Below, piece by piece: positions 1 through 13,835 of a DNA stretch of 64,000 bases (the stretch's first letter is position 1; the number at the start of each line of letters is the position of its first letter). The notes below the pieces were generated by a model, which worked only from the letters and a program-made list of their open reading frames with translations, was not told the origin of the DNA and did not search any database. The stretch comes from Raja brachyura (Eukaryota): assembly GCA_963514005.1 (NCBI GenBank), contig OY740813.1, forward strand, positions 22,444,001 to 22,508,000, given 5' to 3'. The translations under genes were made by a program, and so were the position numbers.

Positions 1-310
1 CAGGCCAGGACATACATAGTGAATGGCACGGGTCTGGGGAGTGTTGTAGAGCAGAGGTATCAAGAAGTGCCAGGACATAGTTCCTTGAAAGTAGCATCAC
101 AAATAGATAGGACGGTCAGGAGGGCTTTCGGCACATTATGCTTCATCAGTAATTAAGTATAGAAGCTGAGAGGACACACTTGCTGGTCGATAGGATTACA
201 GCAAAACTGAGCTAATATGTTGACTGAGAACTAGTTATCAAACTAAAAGTAACAGTAGGAATAAAGGGATCCTTCCTAAGTTGTCAGTCTGTGGCGAGTG
301 GATGACTATT
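1..310 (+). mobile_element. Degraded CR1 LINE fragments
   Basis: Resembles the ORF2 sequence of the better-preserved CR1 copies in this window (e.g. gtgaatggc...agtgttgtagagcagagg). Confidence 0.65.
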
Positions 311-319
311 CACAATCAC

Positions 320-500
320 GCCGACAAGCAATTACCCTCACACTAGCACTATGCTACACACCAGGGACAATTTACAATTTTACCAAAGCCAATTAACCTA
401 CAAACCAGTATACCTTTAGAGTGTGGAAGGAAACCAGAGCATCCAGAGAAAACCCACTTGGTCACAGGGACAAACCCCCGTAGTCAGGATCTAACCCGTC
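320..500 (-). mobile_element. tRNA-derived V-SINE/HE1-like SINE fragment
   Basis: agggacaatttacaattttaccaaagccaattaacctacaaacc is the reverse complement of the SINE body at 34540-34845. Confidence 0.85.
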
Positions 501-539
501 CTCTGGCCACATTTGGATTATTGTCTTCCATGTTTCCTT

Positions 540-700
540 GTTTCCTTCCATGAAGCCAATTCTCTATCCTGTTGGCTAGCTCTCCTTGGACCCCATGCGA
601 TCTAACCTTCCAGAGCAGCCTACCACGCAGAAACTTATCAAAGGCCTTGCTGGAGTCCGTGTGGACAGCGTCCATGGCCTTGCCTTCATCAACAATCTTG
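540..700 (-). mobile_element. CR1 reverse-transcriptase fragment
   Basis: ORF 484-726 encodes KAFDK...LLWKVRSHGVQGELANRIENWL, typical of CR1 RT. Confidence 0.85.
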
Positions 701-1689
701 GTCAGTGAGGCCAAGGCTGTAGACATCTATATGGACATGCTGTTTGAGGATAAATGGATTATGTTGTCTAAGACTTGAAAAGAACAGGAGATCTTATTGA
801 AACTTACAAATTCTTACAGATTCATACAGAGTTAGAAAGACTGGATGCAACGAGATTGTTTTGTCGGCCATGGAGTTCTGATTATTCCTCCTATGTCTAG
901 ACATGAGGAGAAATGTCAGAGTGGTGAATTGTGCGAACTCTACATTGTAGAGGCTCAGTAATGGAGTACATCAAAGCAGATTTCATCAAATTCAAACACA
1001 AAAGGAATACAAAAATGTAGAGATCGTGCCATAAAATAGCACTAAGATGTAAAATCAATTGCGATCCTGACAAATAACAGAGCAAACTCGATGGGCTAAA
1101 TAGCCTCCACCTTTTCCTTCTTCTTATCTTGCCCTGAGTGCTAGATTTATTTTAAACTATATTGGTGATGAATAATATTAAGGAGCTCTGAAAAAACCTC
1201 AAAGATGTGTACAACTAAAACCTGCAGCTCAATAAATTTATCCAATTAACAATGTCTCCGTATATCATAATGATCTAACAGAACAAGGCGGCAACCTACG
1301 GCAACCGACTGGTGCAGTTGGCTGAGCTGCTGCCTCACAGCTCCCACGAGCTAGGTTCAACCATAACCTTGGATGACATCTGTGTTCCAATGGGTTTCTT
1401 GGTTGTGTTACATGTCCCAATGACACCCCAGATTGCCTCTCATGCGTAGGACATAACTGAGTGTACAATATGGGAGGAATCGAGGAGAATAAAAGAAACA
1501 TTTGTATAAGCAGATACTTAGGGTAGACAGTGGGATGAAGGGGCTGTTTCTTTGTTGTATGACTGAGAAAAATGGAAGATCTTACTGCACTTGACCAATT
1601 TTCCAGCTTTTCTTAATAGACCTTGAATATGTGTTTTACTAAAGCTTGCATCATTTAACAAACTAATTTGGAAGAACAACACAAATGTT

Positions 1690-2980
1690 TGCGTGCAGTT
1701 CTAGTCACCCTGCTATTGCACGGAATTATGCACAGCTCTGACAGCACGGATGTCATTAAGCCAGAAAGGATACAGACAAGATTCACCAGGTTGTTACCAG
1801 GACTCAAGAACTTGTGTATTAAGGAGAGGATAGATTGGCTGGGACTTTTTACCTGGAGCTCAGGAGGCTCTGGGGTAATTTTATAGAGGTATAGAAAAGT
1901 CATGAGAGGCATAGATCAAGTGAATGTCTTTTTTCACAGGGTAGGAGTACCCAACTATATGACTTGGAGTTGAGGTAAGTTTGGAAAAATATGAGGGATC
2001 CGAGGAGAACAATCTGCACGAGTAAGCTACAGAGGTGGGTACAATGACATCATTTAAAAAGCATTTGAACATTACATGGATAGCTAACATTTAGTGGTAC
2101 ATGGGCCAAATGCAGGCAAACGGAGCTAGCAAAACCTGCAGCCTTTTGTTCTCCACATCACCTCCAAGTCTTATCGCTTTCTACCACTTTTTACTGGAAA
2201 CATCCTCTCTACTATTTCAGTCCAGGGGAAGGGTCTTGACCTGTAACATCAACTGTGCATTTCCCACCACAGATGCTGGCTGAGCTACTTAATTTTTTTT
2301 CAGCTGTTTTTTTTAAATGGGTGGTGAGGGCGGCATTTGGCAAGCTTGTCCTCATCAGGCAAGTACTGTGTACTGGAAGTACAAGACATTGGTCAGACCG
2401 CGCCTACAATATCGTGCGCAGCTCTGGTCACTAATTCAGGAATTACGTGACGAAGCTGGAGAGGTTGTTGAATAGATTCACAAAGATGTTGATGGGACTG
2501 GTTGGGACCTGGTGTGAAGGAGGCCGAGTGGTGACCTTGTAGAGGTTGATAACACCAAGAGGGCCATAGGTAAGGTGGATGGCCACAGTCTTTCCCCGGG
2601 AGTAAGGGAGTCAAAAACTAGTGGGAATAGATTTAAAATGAGTGGGAAAAGATTTAAGAAGACACAGTGCTGGATGAGTACCTCAGTGGGTCAGGAGAAC
2701 ATGCAAAAGTGACGTTTCAGGACGGGACACCTCTTCAGACTTCAGGAAAAGATTGAATGCGGATTTGAGGATGATGTATTTCACATAGACCGTGATACGT
2801 ATATAGAACAAGCTGTCAGGCAGGCACAATTACAATATTAAAAGGACATTTGGACAGGTTGATGGATAGGGAAGGTTTGGAGAAAATGTAGGCGAATGGA
2901 ACTAGCTCAGGAAGGCATCTTGGTCAGCATGGATGAGTTGGGCAAAGGGTCTGTTTCCATGCTGTATAATCCTGACTAAG
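1690..2980 (+). mobile_element. Cluster of 5'-truncated CR1 3' fragments with Penelope terminal-repeat inserts (~2215-2300, ~2660-2742)
   Basis: ERIQTRFTRLLPGLK motif; CR1 3' end gggcaaagggtctgtttccatgctgtat; Penelope-type gacgtttc...tcttcagact. Confidence 0.75.
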
Positions 2981-5916
2981 AATGAGAACGGTCAATATTA
3001 TACGAATATAATAATTTCAAAGGTGGTGCAAGAACAAAGGAGTCCAAGGATCGATGGGCACAAATCTTTAATGTGTGGACTAAAAAAGTTGAAATATCAC
3101 ACATGCTCCTCTCAAAAACAAGTTACAAAAACCAGAGGGTAATATTTCACTTCTGTAGACATTGCAACAAACACAAATGGAACAATGGTCCAAAGGACAG
3201 ATATACTGGAGTTTTCTGCAGAGCAGTGAGGGCTAGTAGATGGAGATATAAGGAACTGGAGATGCTGGAATCTTGCAAAGAACACAAAGTGCTGGAGTAA
3301 CTCAGCAGTCAGGCAGCATCTCTGGAGGACATGGATAGGTCGACGTCATGGGCTGGTGGATGGGTGAATCGAAGTGATCAAGGAAAGTCTGAATAAAAGA
3401 AAACTGGCCTAATCCATGGCAGTGTCAAGAATGTGGGGGAAAAATGGTGTGGTGCTTGGTAGAAGCAGATGTCTCATGAGGAACGTTTATCAACATGGCC
3501 AGTTTAGATGATCTGTAATCTGTTAAGGGTGGTTGCAGTGGATTTTAGTAAAGATTTGGGTAAACAATTAAAGAAAACAAAAGCGAGACACCAGAGAAAG
3601 GGCATGGTAATGAGAGCAAATGAATTTCTCCTCAAAATGCTGGCTTGACCTTAATGGGCAGAATGTCTTTCTATGTTGTCATGTTTTAATAGCACCAATG
3701 CTTAGGTGTGTTAATAAAGCTTGCTGGGTTGCCTGTTAAAAAGCTATTTCAAATACTGACATTTAATATTTGATATCATTTCCAGAATTCAATTCCAGTT
3801 TTATAAAGGTCATATGTAAAAGGTAATTAGCATTCTGAATAAATCATTATTTTCATTATGACAAACAACAGGCATTATTTTTTTTTACTGGGAACAAGGG
3901 ATAAGTCAAGTCACCTTTCTTTCATTGCTCAGTTCTAGAACTCAATGATAACCACTATGATGCTCTTGCAGATCATTAATGATGTTCAAGTATTCAAATG
4001 CACATTTTTTTTAACTCCAGCGCTTCAAAGACATCTTATATGCCAGTAACTAAGCTTCAATATTTTGATAATACCCAATTAGAATAATTAGTTCATGATG
4101 CAGATTTATAACTAGCATAAGTGTTATAATGATAACTTGAGAGGCGCCGATATCATTCAGCAATGCAATGATATGCACACTATGCGACCCAAAAAAAACG
4201 CATCAAGTTAACTGTCAGAATGCCCTTAGAATGCAGGAATTACAATCTAGTTATTTTAAGATTGGTAAAAACAGTCATTACATCTGATTTCCTGGTACGT
4301 TCTGCTTAGTTTGAAACATTTCAATCTCCAGCTATTAATTCCAGCGTTTTAAAAACCATTGGTTCCAGCTTCATGCAAGGTTTTCATTGTTAAAGCTTTG
4401 AATTAAACCGGGATATGATGTTGTAAAACTCGGATTTTGTTCCCCCTTCAGTAAAACTCGCAAGATATCCAATTTTAACAGAGTCATTTATTTTATTCTT
4501 ATGTGTGACCAATAATCACTTGCAATGCGCCAGTTTAAATGGGGAGGGGTGCAACCACAGATGAGGAGTTAATGTTGTGCTGTCTATATGCAAACAGTGC
4601 CCTGGGTCCCGAAAGGGCCTTGTTGTCCCCACGTTGCACTGATTTGCCAGTTGGCAGTCCTAAGCCAGGAAACTGTCAATTTCAATTGAGCTTACGGCTA
4701 CATACTCCCATTAAAGAAGTCTTGCTGGTTAAGGGGCAGCCTCTGTTTCCAAAGCATGGGAACGAGGGCTCTGCATTCCTTAGATTTGAGCTGGCAACTT
4801 GCACTGACTAGAATTTTCAAGGAGCAATGAATGAGCTTAACAAAGGCGTTCTGTGGCCAGTTTCTGGCTGTCATCCATGTCAACAGTTTCTTGGGTCAGA
4901 GGTCACACTAACTACATTTATTCCCAGCAGACCCTGTTCCAAACAGACTGCAATAAGTACAAATTCAGAATTTTTCAGTAATCCCCAGAGATATCGCCGA
5001 TCTTCCACATGTTTCTGCTCAATTAAAAAAAAAATCTCACTTTGCACTGCCTGCACTCAGGGAAGGAGGCCCGATGGAAAAGGAAACAAGGGATAACACG
5101 CAGTCAGAATCAAAAAGAGCATTCCAAATATAGAGAGGGGAACTAAGCGTAACATTTTCTGCTAAACAGATGAACTGAACACTGAACATCAGATGTGTCA
5201 CAGGTGGAGATACCTACTGTTGCTACACCTTTTGCAATATGATTCTGTCTACCGTCATCCAAAAATAGCCAAGCTCTCTCAATTTCTGACAGCAGTTACC
5301 TGTTGTAGCAGAAAGAACAGCTTAAGGGAATTCACGGACTCTTAAATACGGTGAGGGGAAAAGTGAACTAACGTGTAAAATTTATTCTCAATTATCAGAG
5401 CCAACCTTTGGTAATCTTTTTCATTCTGTTTTTACATATATTTCCCTTGGAGGGCATAAGCCAACCATTGCGTATCTATTAATTGAAAACAAGACACCAG
5501 GTGCTTAAATCAAAGCGCTGGCAAGAGCACACTGAATGTTGATAAATGCTATTTAAAGAGCTCCAAACACCCAACCTGTTAATATAAATGATATGCATAC
5601 AGCGGCAGCGAGCACACCTCACTGTAGAGATTTACACGGTTATTTTTTTAATTCCAGGACTATGGACAGTGCAATTAAAGAATTTTACATATAAAAATAG
5701 CAATTTAAAACCAAAAACATGAAGCATTATAAGTTAACGACTCTTTTTCCCCAAAACATGCTGGTGAGCATGAAAAGAAGCAGTGGAACTAGTCTAATTA
5801 TTTCTCATTAAATGAGAACTCCTGTATTTTCAAAACTAAACATCTTATCACTGCATAAATTGAATACTTTTTTTGCCATTTATGTTTAAAAATATACTCA
5901 GCCATAGTTCAGCTTG

Positions 5917-8008
5917 AGATAGACAATAGACAATAGGTGTAGGAGTAGGCCATTCGGCCCTTTGAGCCAGCACCGCCATTCTATGTGATCATGGCTGATC
6001 ATCCTCAATCAGTACCCCGTTCCTGCCTTCTCCCCATATCCCCTGACTCCGCTATCTTTAAGAGCCCTATGTGGCTCTCTCTTGAAAGTATCCAGAGAAC
6101 AGGCCTCCACCGCCCTCTGAGGCAGAGAATTCCATAGACTCACAACTCTCTGTGTGAAAAAATGTTTCCTCATCTCCATTCTAAATGGCTTACCCATTAT
6201 TCTTAAACTGTGGCCCCTGGTTCTGGACTCCCCCAACATCGGGAACATGTTTCCTGCCTCTAGCATGTCCAAACCCTTAACAATCTTATATGTTTCAATA
6301 AGATCCCCTCTCATCCTTCAAAACTCTAGAGTGTACAAGCCCAGCCGCTCCATTCTCAGCATATGACAGTCCCGCCATCCCAGGAATTAACCTTGTAAAC
6401 CTACGCTGCACTCCCTTAACAGCAAGAATATCCTTCCTCAAATTAGGGGACCAAAACTGCACACAATACTCCAGGTGTGGTCTTACTAGGGCCCTGTACA
6501 ACTGCAGAAGGACTTCTTTGCTCCTATACTCGACTCCTCTTGTTATAAAGGCCATTCACTTTCTTCATTGCCTGCTGTGCCTGCATGCTTACTTTCATAG
6601 ACTGATGAACAAGGATCCCCAGATCCCGTTGTACTTCCCCTTTTTCCACTTGACGCCATTTAGATAGTAATCTGTCTTCCTGTTTTTGATACCAAAGTGG
6701 GTAACCTCACATTTATCCACATTAAACTTAATCTGCATGTATCTGCCCACTCCCCCAACCTGTCCAAGTCACCCTGCATTCTCATAGCATCCTCCTCACA
6801 GTTCACACGGCCACCCAGCTTAGCGTCATCTGCAAATTTGTTAATGTTACTTTGAATCCCTTCATCCAAATCATTGATATATATTGTAAGTAACTGCGGT
6901 CCCAGTACCGAGCCTTGCGGTACCCCACTAGTCACTGCCTGCCATTCTGAAAGGGACCCGTTAATCCCTACTCTTTGTTTCCTGTCTGCCAACCAATTTT
7001 TTAGCCATGTCAGCACTCTACCCTCAATACCATGTGCCCTAATTTTGCCCACTAATCTCCAATGTGGGACCATATGAAATGCTTTCTGAAAGTCCAGGTA
7101 CACTACATCTACTGGCTCTCCCGTGTCCATTTTCCTAGTTACATCCTCAAAAAATTCCAGAAGATTCGTCAAACGTGATTTCCCCTTCGTAAATCCATGC
7201 TGACTCAGACTGATCCTATATTGCTATCCAAATGTGCGGCTATTTCATCTTTTATAATTGACTCCAGCATCTTCTCCACCACCGATGTCAGGTTAACTGG
7301 TCTATAATTCCTTGTTTTCTCTCTCCCGCCTTTCTTAAAAAGTGGGATAACATTAGTTACCCTCCAATCCACAGGAATTGATCCTGAGTCTATAGAACAT
7401 TGGAAAATTATCACCAATGCATCCACGATTTCTAGAGCCACTTTCTTAAGTACCCTAGGAAGCAGACCATCAGGCACTGGGGATTTATCAGCCTTCAGTC
7501 CCATCAGTCTACCCAACACCATTTCCTGCCTAATGTGGATTTCCTTCAGTTCCTCCATCACCCCAGATCCTCTGGCACTACTATATCAGGAAGGTTGTTT
7601 GTGTCCTCCTTAGTGAAGACGGATCCAATGTACCTGTTCAACTCATCTGCCATTTCCTTGTTCCCCATAATAAATTCACCTTTTTCGGTCTTCAAGGGTC
7701 CAACTTTGGTCTTAACTCATTTTTTCCTCTTCACATACCTAACGAAGCTTTTACTATCCTCCTTTATATTCTTGGCTAGCTTACCTTCATACCTCATCTT
7801 TTCTCCCCGTATTGTCTTTTTAGTTATCTTCTGTTGCTCTTTAAACATTACCCAATCCTCTTGCTTCCCGCTCATCTTTGCTATGTTGTACTTCTCTTTT
7901 ATTTTTATACTGTCCCTGACGTCCCTTGTCAGCCACAGTCACCCCTTACTCCCCTTGGAATCTTTCTTCCTCCTAAGAATGGACTGATCCTGCACCTTCT
8001 GTATTATT
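5917..8008 (-). mobile_element. Young CR1 (HER1-like) LINE, 5'-truncated, frameshifted ORF2 (RT and C-terminus) with 3' UTR and (ctattgt)n tail
   Basis: Consecutive minus-strand ORFs 7205-7561, 6660-7172 (LDFQKAF, GVPQGSVLGP, FADD), 6295-6555 and 6009-6314 (RGDLIETYK...RTRGHSL); tandem tail agacaatagacaatag at the left end. Confidence 0.95.
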
Positions 8009-8051
8009 GGTAGAAACATGTACTTGATTATGAAGAAGATATAATTTTTTT

Positions 8052-8360
8052 TTAGTTAATTTAGTTTAGAGATACAGCGCGGAAACAGGCTCGTCGGCCC
8101 ACCCAGTCTGCGCCATCAGAGATCCCCGTTACACTACCACGATCCTACACACTAGGGACAATTTACAATTTTTTCTGAAGCCAATTGTCCTACAAACCTG
8201 TACATCTTTGGAGTGTGGGATGAAACTGGAACTCACGGGGAAAACCCATGTGGTCACAGGAAGAATGGACAAACTCCGTACAGACAGCACCCATAGTCAG
8301 GATCAAACCCATGTCTCTAGTGCCGTGAGGTAGCAACTCTACCTGCACCACTGTGCCGCT
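8052..8360 (-). mobile_element. V-SINE/HE1-like SINE, near full length
   Basis: Begins with (tttag)n-agagatacagcgcggaaacaggc tail and ends with the reverse-complemented tRNA-like head. Confidence 0.88.
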
Positions 8361-9063
8361 AAAGTGTTTCTATGAAAGACTTTACTTTAACTCAGTAAAT
8401 CAAATGTCACTTAAGTACAGTTCAGAACATCACTTCTTGCATCTTTTTCTCTTGAGGAGAAATGTCTCATTTAATAGATAGGTCAGTCTGCTGTGCAGCA
8501 CTGCTTGTGTTAATCTGGTGCAGAACATACTTTGGTCCTGTTGTATGCTCTCAACCTTAATGGCCATCTCATGAGTATTCAATGAGCAGAACTAGTTCAG
8601 TCAGTACAACCAGAGGTCCGCTGCAGAATTCTTGTTGATGGAAGACTATGCAGATTGGCAGCTCCTTGCAAATTGCCCACTTCGACTCTCGAGTAATCAC
8701 TGAGTTTGTGGCAGCCAGAAATATCTGCTTTCCTTCTCTTACAAATATTCTTCACACTTCACAATGACAAATTTGACGTTTATTTCCTTCATTTATCCAT
8801 ATCAATTGAAAACAGCAAGCAAGCTGAAGTCAACACTGTGTGGGGGGAATAAATACAAAATGGGCAAAATCAGAGGAGGCAGAACCGGAAAGTACTACGA
8901 GCAAGGCAGAGCTGCAGGACAGAGAAGTCAATGGATTGATGCCAGAGAGTGTGGCCTGCACAGGGGTCCAAGAACAGAAAGAGTAGGGTGCCAGTGAACA
9001 AATCAACAAACTCAAGAAGCAAAGGACTACAGGGAAAGGCATGAAGCCCAGCACAATGAGAAG

Positions 9064-9265
9064 GAGATGCACGGAACTGCAGATGCCGGAATCATGAGGA
9101 AAACATAAAGTGCTGGAGGAACTCAGCGGGTCAGGCAGCACCTGTGGGTGGAATGGACAGGCAATGTTCCAGGTTGAGACTCTTCAGTCTTCAGCCCGAA
9201 ACGTTGTTTATCCATTCCCTCCACAGATGTTGCCTAACCTGCTGAGCCCAGCACTTTCTGCTTTG
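9064..9265. mobile_element. Penelope-derived fold-back (inverted terminal-repeat) unit
   Basis: ggaactgcagatgc...gtgctggaggaactcagcgggtcaggcagca is mirrored by gatgttgcctaacctgctgagcccagcacttt. Confidence 0.8.
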
Positions 9266-9734
9266 CCGGGTTGAGAAGCTCAGTTTTTTGTTATGAGGAG
9301 GAGCTCATTTGTTGGGTCACTTCTGAGGATGGCACATAGCAACTAACAACTAGAAAAGCAATGCAGCACACTAGAATGGGAGAACTAAGCAGGAACAGAA
9401 TAAACAGGTTAGGAGGATAGATAATGGTGTCTGGATTGGGGAGCAAAGCACAGTAATTGGAAGGTGACAACGCAGCAGCGTCAAGGAGAGATAAACGCAC
9501 TCATCCATACAAACCAGGAGAGAATGGACAGACAACGTTTTTGGGTCGGGACTCTTCTGTCTTAAAGCAGCATCTTCCTTACAACAATTTGAAATGAGCT
9601 GTTGATAACTTATCAAGCATAAAAGCGGGTACCATCTGCTCTGTAACACATAGTGACGCAATTGCATCAGTTAAAAATTGCATAATCAGTTATTTTACCA
9701 TATTGCAATTCTTATTTGGGAATCATTTTAGTTA

Positions 9735-10022
9735 TGTTTATTTTATTGTTACGTGTACCAAGGTACATGGAAAAGTTTTTATTGTGTGCTAACCAGTCAG
9801 CAGAAAGACAATACATGTCAAGCCGTCTACAGCGTACAAATACATGATAAAGGGAATAACGTGGATAATGTTTGGTGCAAGATAAATCCAATAAATTTCA
9901 ATCAAAGATAGTCCAAGGGTCTCCAATGAGGTAGATAGTAGTTCAGGACTGCTCTCTAGTAGTGGTTGGATGGTTCCATTGCCTGATAACAGCTGGGAAG
10001 AAACTGTCCCTGAATATGGAAC
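9735..10022 (-). mobile_element. Rex1/Babar LINE 3' end
   Basis: Similar to 53290-53600 (gcctgataacagctgggaagaaactgtccctgaat); tttatt poly(A) signal at the left. Confidence 0.7.
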
Positions 10023-12299
10023 CACTTAAACCATTGGTAAAATGTTTGCTCTTTAAAAAAAAATAATTTAATATAAATATTCAAATATAATGTCAAAGTT
10101 GTCAAGCAGCTGAATGCTGCATGTATCTTGTGTACTGCAGTATTTTGTCATGCAGGTTTGTAAACTCAAGCGAGCTTCTGAATTCAACTAGCCGGCAGTG
10201 GGCAATAATGACAAAGAGGAACTGAGGTAATTATGGATAGAGTTAATACCACTCTCAAGGAGGGCCACGACTAAAATGTATTATTTTAATATATAATTAA
10301 CGGATCTACCAATTTATGAAAAAGCACAGCTCTTTGTCATTACCACACAAGATGGATATTACGTATTAATATTGTGGTTAAAAAGCCTAACTTCTGAAGC
10401 AGCCCACTGAGAGACACACAGTTTGTAAGAGTTGTAATAATCCAATTAAAATGCCAGGTGTGGAACTGTAAAACAAACCATGCTCGCAGCATCAATAATG
10501 ACAGCAAGACATTGTTGATGGTTAAACAAGAGCATTCTCCCCTTTAGAAGTGCCCAGGCAGGCACGTAACAATGGAATGTCACAATTAAAAGGCTGAATC
10601 ACCGCAACACTCAGCAATGTAGAGGAATTTAGTAGAAGGGTGCATAGATAGCAGTGCGAGGTTTCTGCTGCTTTGTGTCGGATATTGTGAAAATGTAAGA
10701 CGGTACAATGGCACACAATTATCAATCAATAGGACTAATCTTGCCAGCTGGAGTTGGTGGCCATTGATTAGGACTCAGAAGATTTCAGCGGGGATTGTAG
10801 ATCTGCAGTTAAGCGGGATCTATTGTTTCCAATTATTTACCTTTAGTTTAATGCGTTTAGTTTCACTTGTAAGTGCTTGATTTTTAAGTAACCATACATT
10901 TATTTAATTCACTTTAGTATAATTTTTTAAATGTCTCTGCATATTCTAAAAGTAACTGTTAAATTGGCAGCTTTTGATAGCAGACAAAGCTCCAGAGCCT
11001 CTAGACCATGTTCCTGAAGCCCAAGCATCATTTGCATCTTGCCACCTAAACCACGGATGTGGAGGGCCGGTTAGATCAGTCAACTGCAGCCGTCCACACA
11101 CAAGTGGAGGCAAGCAGGGGCTGAGGGTGGCGAGCGAGTCCTGGTCTAGACCTTGCTCCAGCTCTGCCTGCTGAATATTACCAGCCGCTTCACGAGTAAA
11201 ACATTTGCTGGGTTCTTGCTTTATTCTAGTTTGTTTTTTACAGAGAAAAATTTCAACATAACGATAAAATGAAATATAAGATGTGTTTATAGGCCGGTTG
11301 TACTGCTGCCTGTAGGAATTTCATTGTTTTGTGTTTGGTGCATATGACAATTAAACACTTGATTCTTGAAACGATAACATATTAATTCCAAACTTGCTTT
11401 TCAAATGCATAAGCACAAATGTACACACAGAGCAGGGTAAGCTTGACAGATTGCAAAGCAGAAATATACATGTAGAGCGATAACATTTTTACGCTACAAC
11501 GAATGGTCTAACAGGATTTAAAATCACCCTCAACTATAAATAGATCCAACACTCCCATGCACCTGTCGTCAAAATAAAGCCTCAGATCACAAGCTTGTCA
11601 AATCAAAAGCACAGTATCATTACTCATCAAATCTCTCGATTCAATTGCAGGTGCTTAACTGCCATCACTGTCCACCATGATAACCGCTGAGCAAAAAACA
11701 ACGCAAGCAATGAAAACAAAAATCCCCGGCTTTGCTTGAACACTCAGGTTGAGATAATGGCCCAGCATTTGTGATTGTAATGACAGCGAAACTGTCAACA
11801 TTCACCAGTGTTGCTGTGTGAAACTGACAGCAGCATCCAGCATCCACACACGTTCAGTTAAACATGGAGGTTCCTGTCACCGATGTCCTGCGCCTCCACA
11901 GGGTGTGCTGCTGGGAGGATTGTCTGCAAGAAATTCGCATCAGATCACTAATTCTGCCACAGAGCACCCCGTGGAGCAGCAGAATATCAACGGCAGGATC
12001 CTCCGAGCTTAACTGGGCACCAATAGTCATGTCACTTTTGCACAACTGCGTTGGCAAATGCCAAGTTCTGCTGCCCTTCCACCCCAGAAATCACAACCAT
12101 TATATTAATTTTGTGTTTTTCAAAAAGTTCATTCCGTTTCATTGCTTGGTACCTGTCATGGTGGACAGTCTTGGCAAGGACAAATTTGCAAATGAATCAG
12201 GTGAGTTGACTTGCGTGATCTGATAAGCTAGTAATCAGACAGCTAATTTAATAGAGTGGCACAGGAAAGTGTTGCAGGATCTATTTCTTGATTAAGGTA

Positions 12300-12525
12300 A
12301 TTGATTGATTGAAAGATACAGCCAGAAGCAGGCCCTCTGGCCCACCGAGTCCTCGCTGACCATTGATCACTTGCTTACACTAGTTCCATGTTATCCCACT
12401 TTCACATCAATTTTCTGCACACAAGGAACAATTTACAGAGGCCAATTAACCTACAAACCCAGACATTTTTGGGAGATGGGAGGAAACCGGAGCACCCATT
12501 GGGAGAATGTGCAAACACCACAGAC
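12300..12525 (-). mobile_element. SINE fragment
   Basis: gccaattaacctacaaaccc...tttgggagatgggaggaaaccggagcaccc, same family as the other SINEs. Confidence 0.8.
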
Positions 12526-12704
12526 AAAATCATAAATGCTATTTTGTATAAAATTATTCAATCACAAAATAAAAATATATCATTACTTTCACCGTATCAC
12601 ACAATCTTGCAATCTGTTCCCAATTCCAGGGCTGTATGTGTTCACAACGGCCACTGAATATTTGAAACTCAAGTACAGAATTTAAGAATACTTTCTTTCC
12701 CCCT

Positions 12705-12962
12705 GTCATGTCTAGGATATCACAACTCCAGGTTCCCCTTCAAGTTGCACGTAATCTAGACTTGGAAATATATTGCTGCTCCTCCAATACTGCCACATCT
12801 AAATTCCTAAACTGTCTACCTAATGACACTGGAGGTTCCTTCACAGAAGAGATTACAACAGTACAAGGAAGATGTACATCAGCAGCTTCACAAGCAATTT
12901 GGGATGGGAAAAATGAATACTTGCCAGCAAAATATCAATCACGTCATTAAAAAATGAATTAA
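12705..12962 (+). mobile_element. Old LINE 3' end (CR1/L2 group)
   Basis: gacttggaaatatattgc...gggatggg is paralogous to 36380-36570. Confidence 0.6.
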
Positions 12963-13380
12963 AACATGTCCATGTTTGACAAAATGGCTTGCAGAGTGTG
13001 GTTAGCTAAATTAACTAGAAAGGTCTGACAATGTTCATGCAATAAGCTCTTTCACTGTTAGGTAAAGATACACACACACAGTGATCAAAAGATGGCTTAG
13101 TAAATTAGGTTCAAGGCCTATGGCTGGAAGGTATCACTGACACTAGCCTTGTGCAGTGCGAAACCTGGCACCAAAACTGCACACTTAAGGTTACATTTTT
13201 AACTGGTTTGAGCTGACTTTTACTCATAAAAGATAATATTCAGTGGGTGTGATGTTTTTTCGAAAAATAAATGGGATTTTGGATTATATCCAAGAACCAC
13301 CATCCAAAACAATGCCAGTACAAATTACAGATTGACAGAGTATCATGTTCAGTTTTAGCTCTCACATATCCTGAACAATA

Positions 13381-13835
13381 CTTTAGACTTTAAAGATACA
13401 GTGCCAAAACAGGCCCTTCAGATTACCGAGTCGGCGGTGACCAGCGATCATCCCGCACACCAGCACTATCCTATACACTTGAGACAATTTCTAAATCTAC
13501 TGAGGACAATTAACCTACAAACTTGTAGGAAAGAACTGCAGATGCTGGTTTAAATCGAAGGTTGACACAAACTGCTGGAGTAACTCAGCGGGACAGGCAG
13601 CATCTCTGGAGAGAAGGAATGGGTGACGTTTCGGGTCGAGACCTCTTACTCCAGCAGTTTGATCCTACAAACCTGTATGTCTTTGGAGAGTGGGAGGAAA
13701 CTGGATCACCCAGAGAAAACCCACAAAATCACTGGGAGAATGTACAAACTCCGTATAGACAGCACCTGTAGTCAGAATAAACCTGGGTCTCTAGCGCTGT
13801 AAGGCAACAACTCTACTGCTACGCCACAGTCCCAC
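13381..13835 (-). mobile_element. SINE interrupted by a Penelope terminal-repeat insert (~13523-13650)
   Basis: SINE body cctacaaac occurs on both sides of taggaaagaactgcagatgctgg...gggtgacgtttcgggtcgagacc. Confidence 0.85.
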
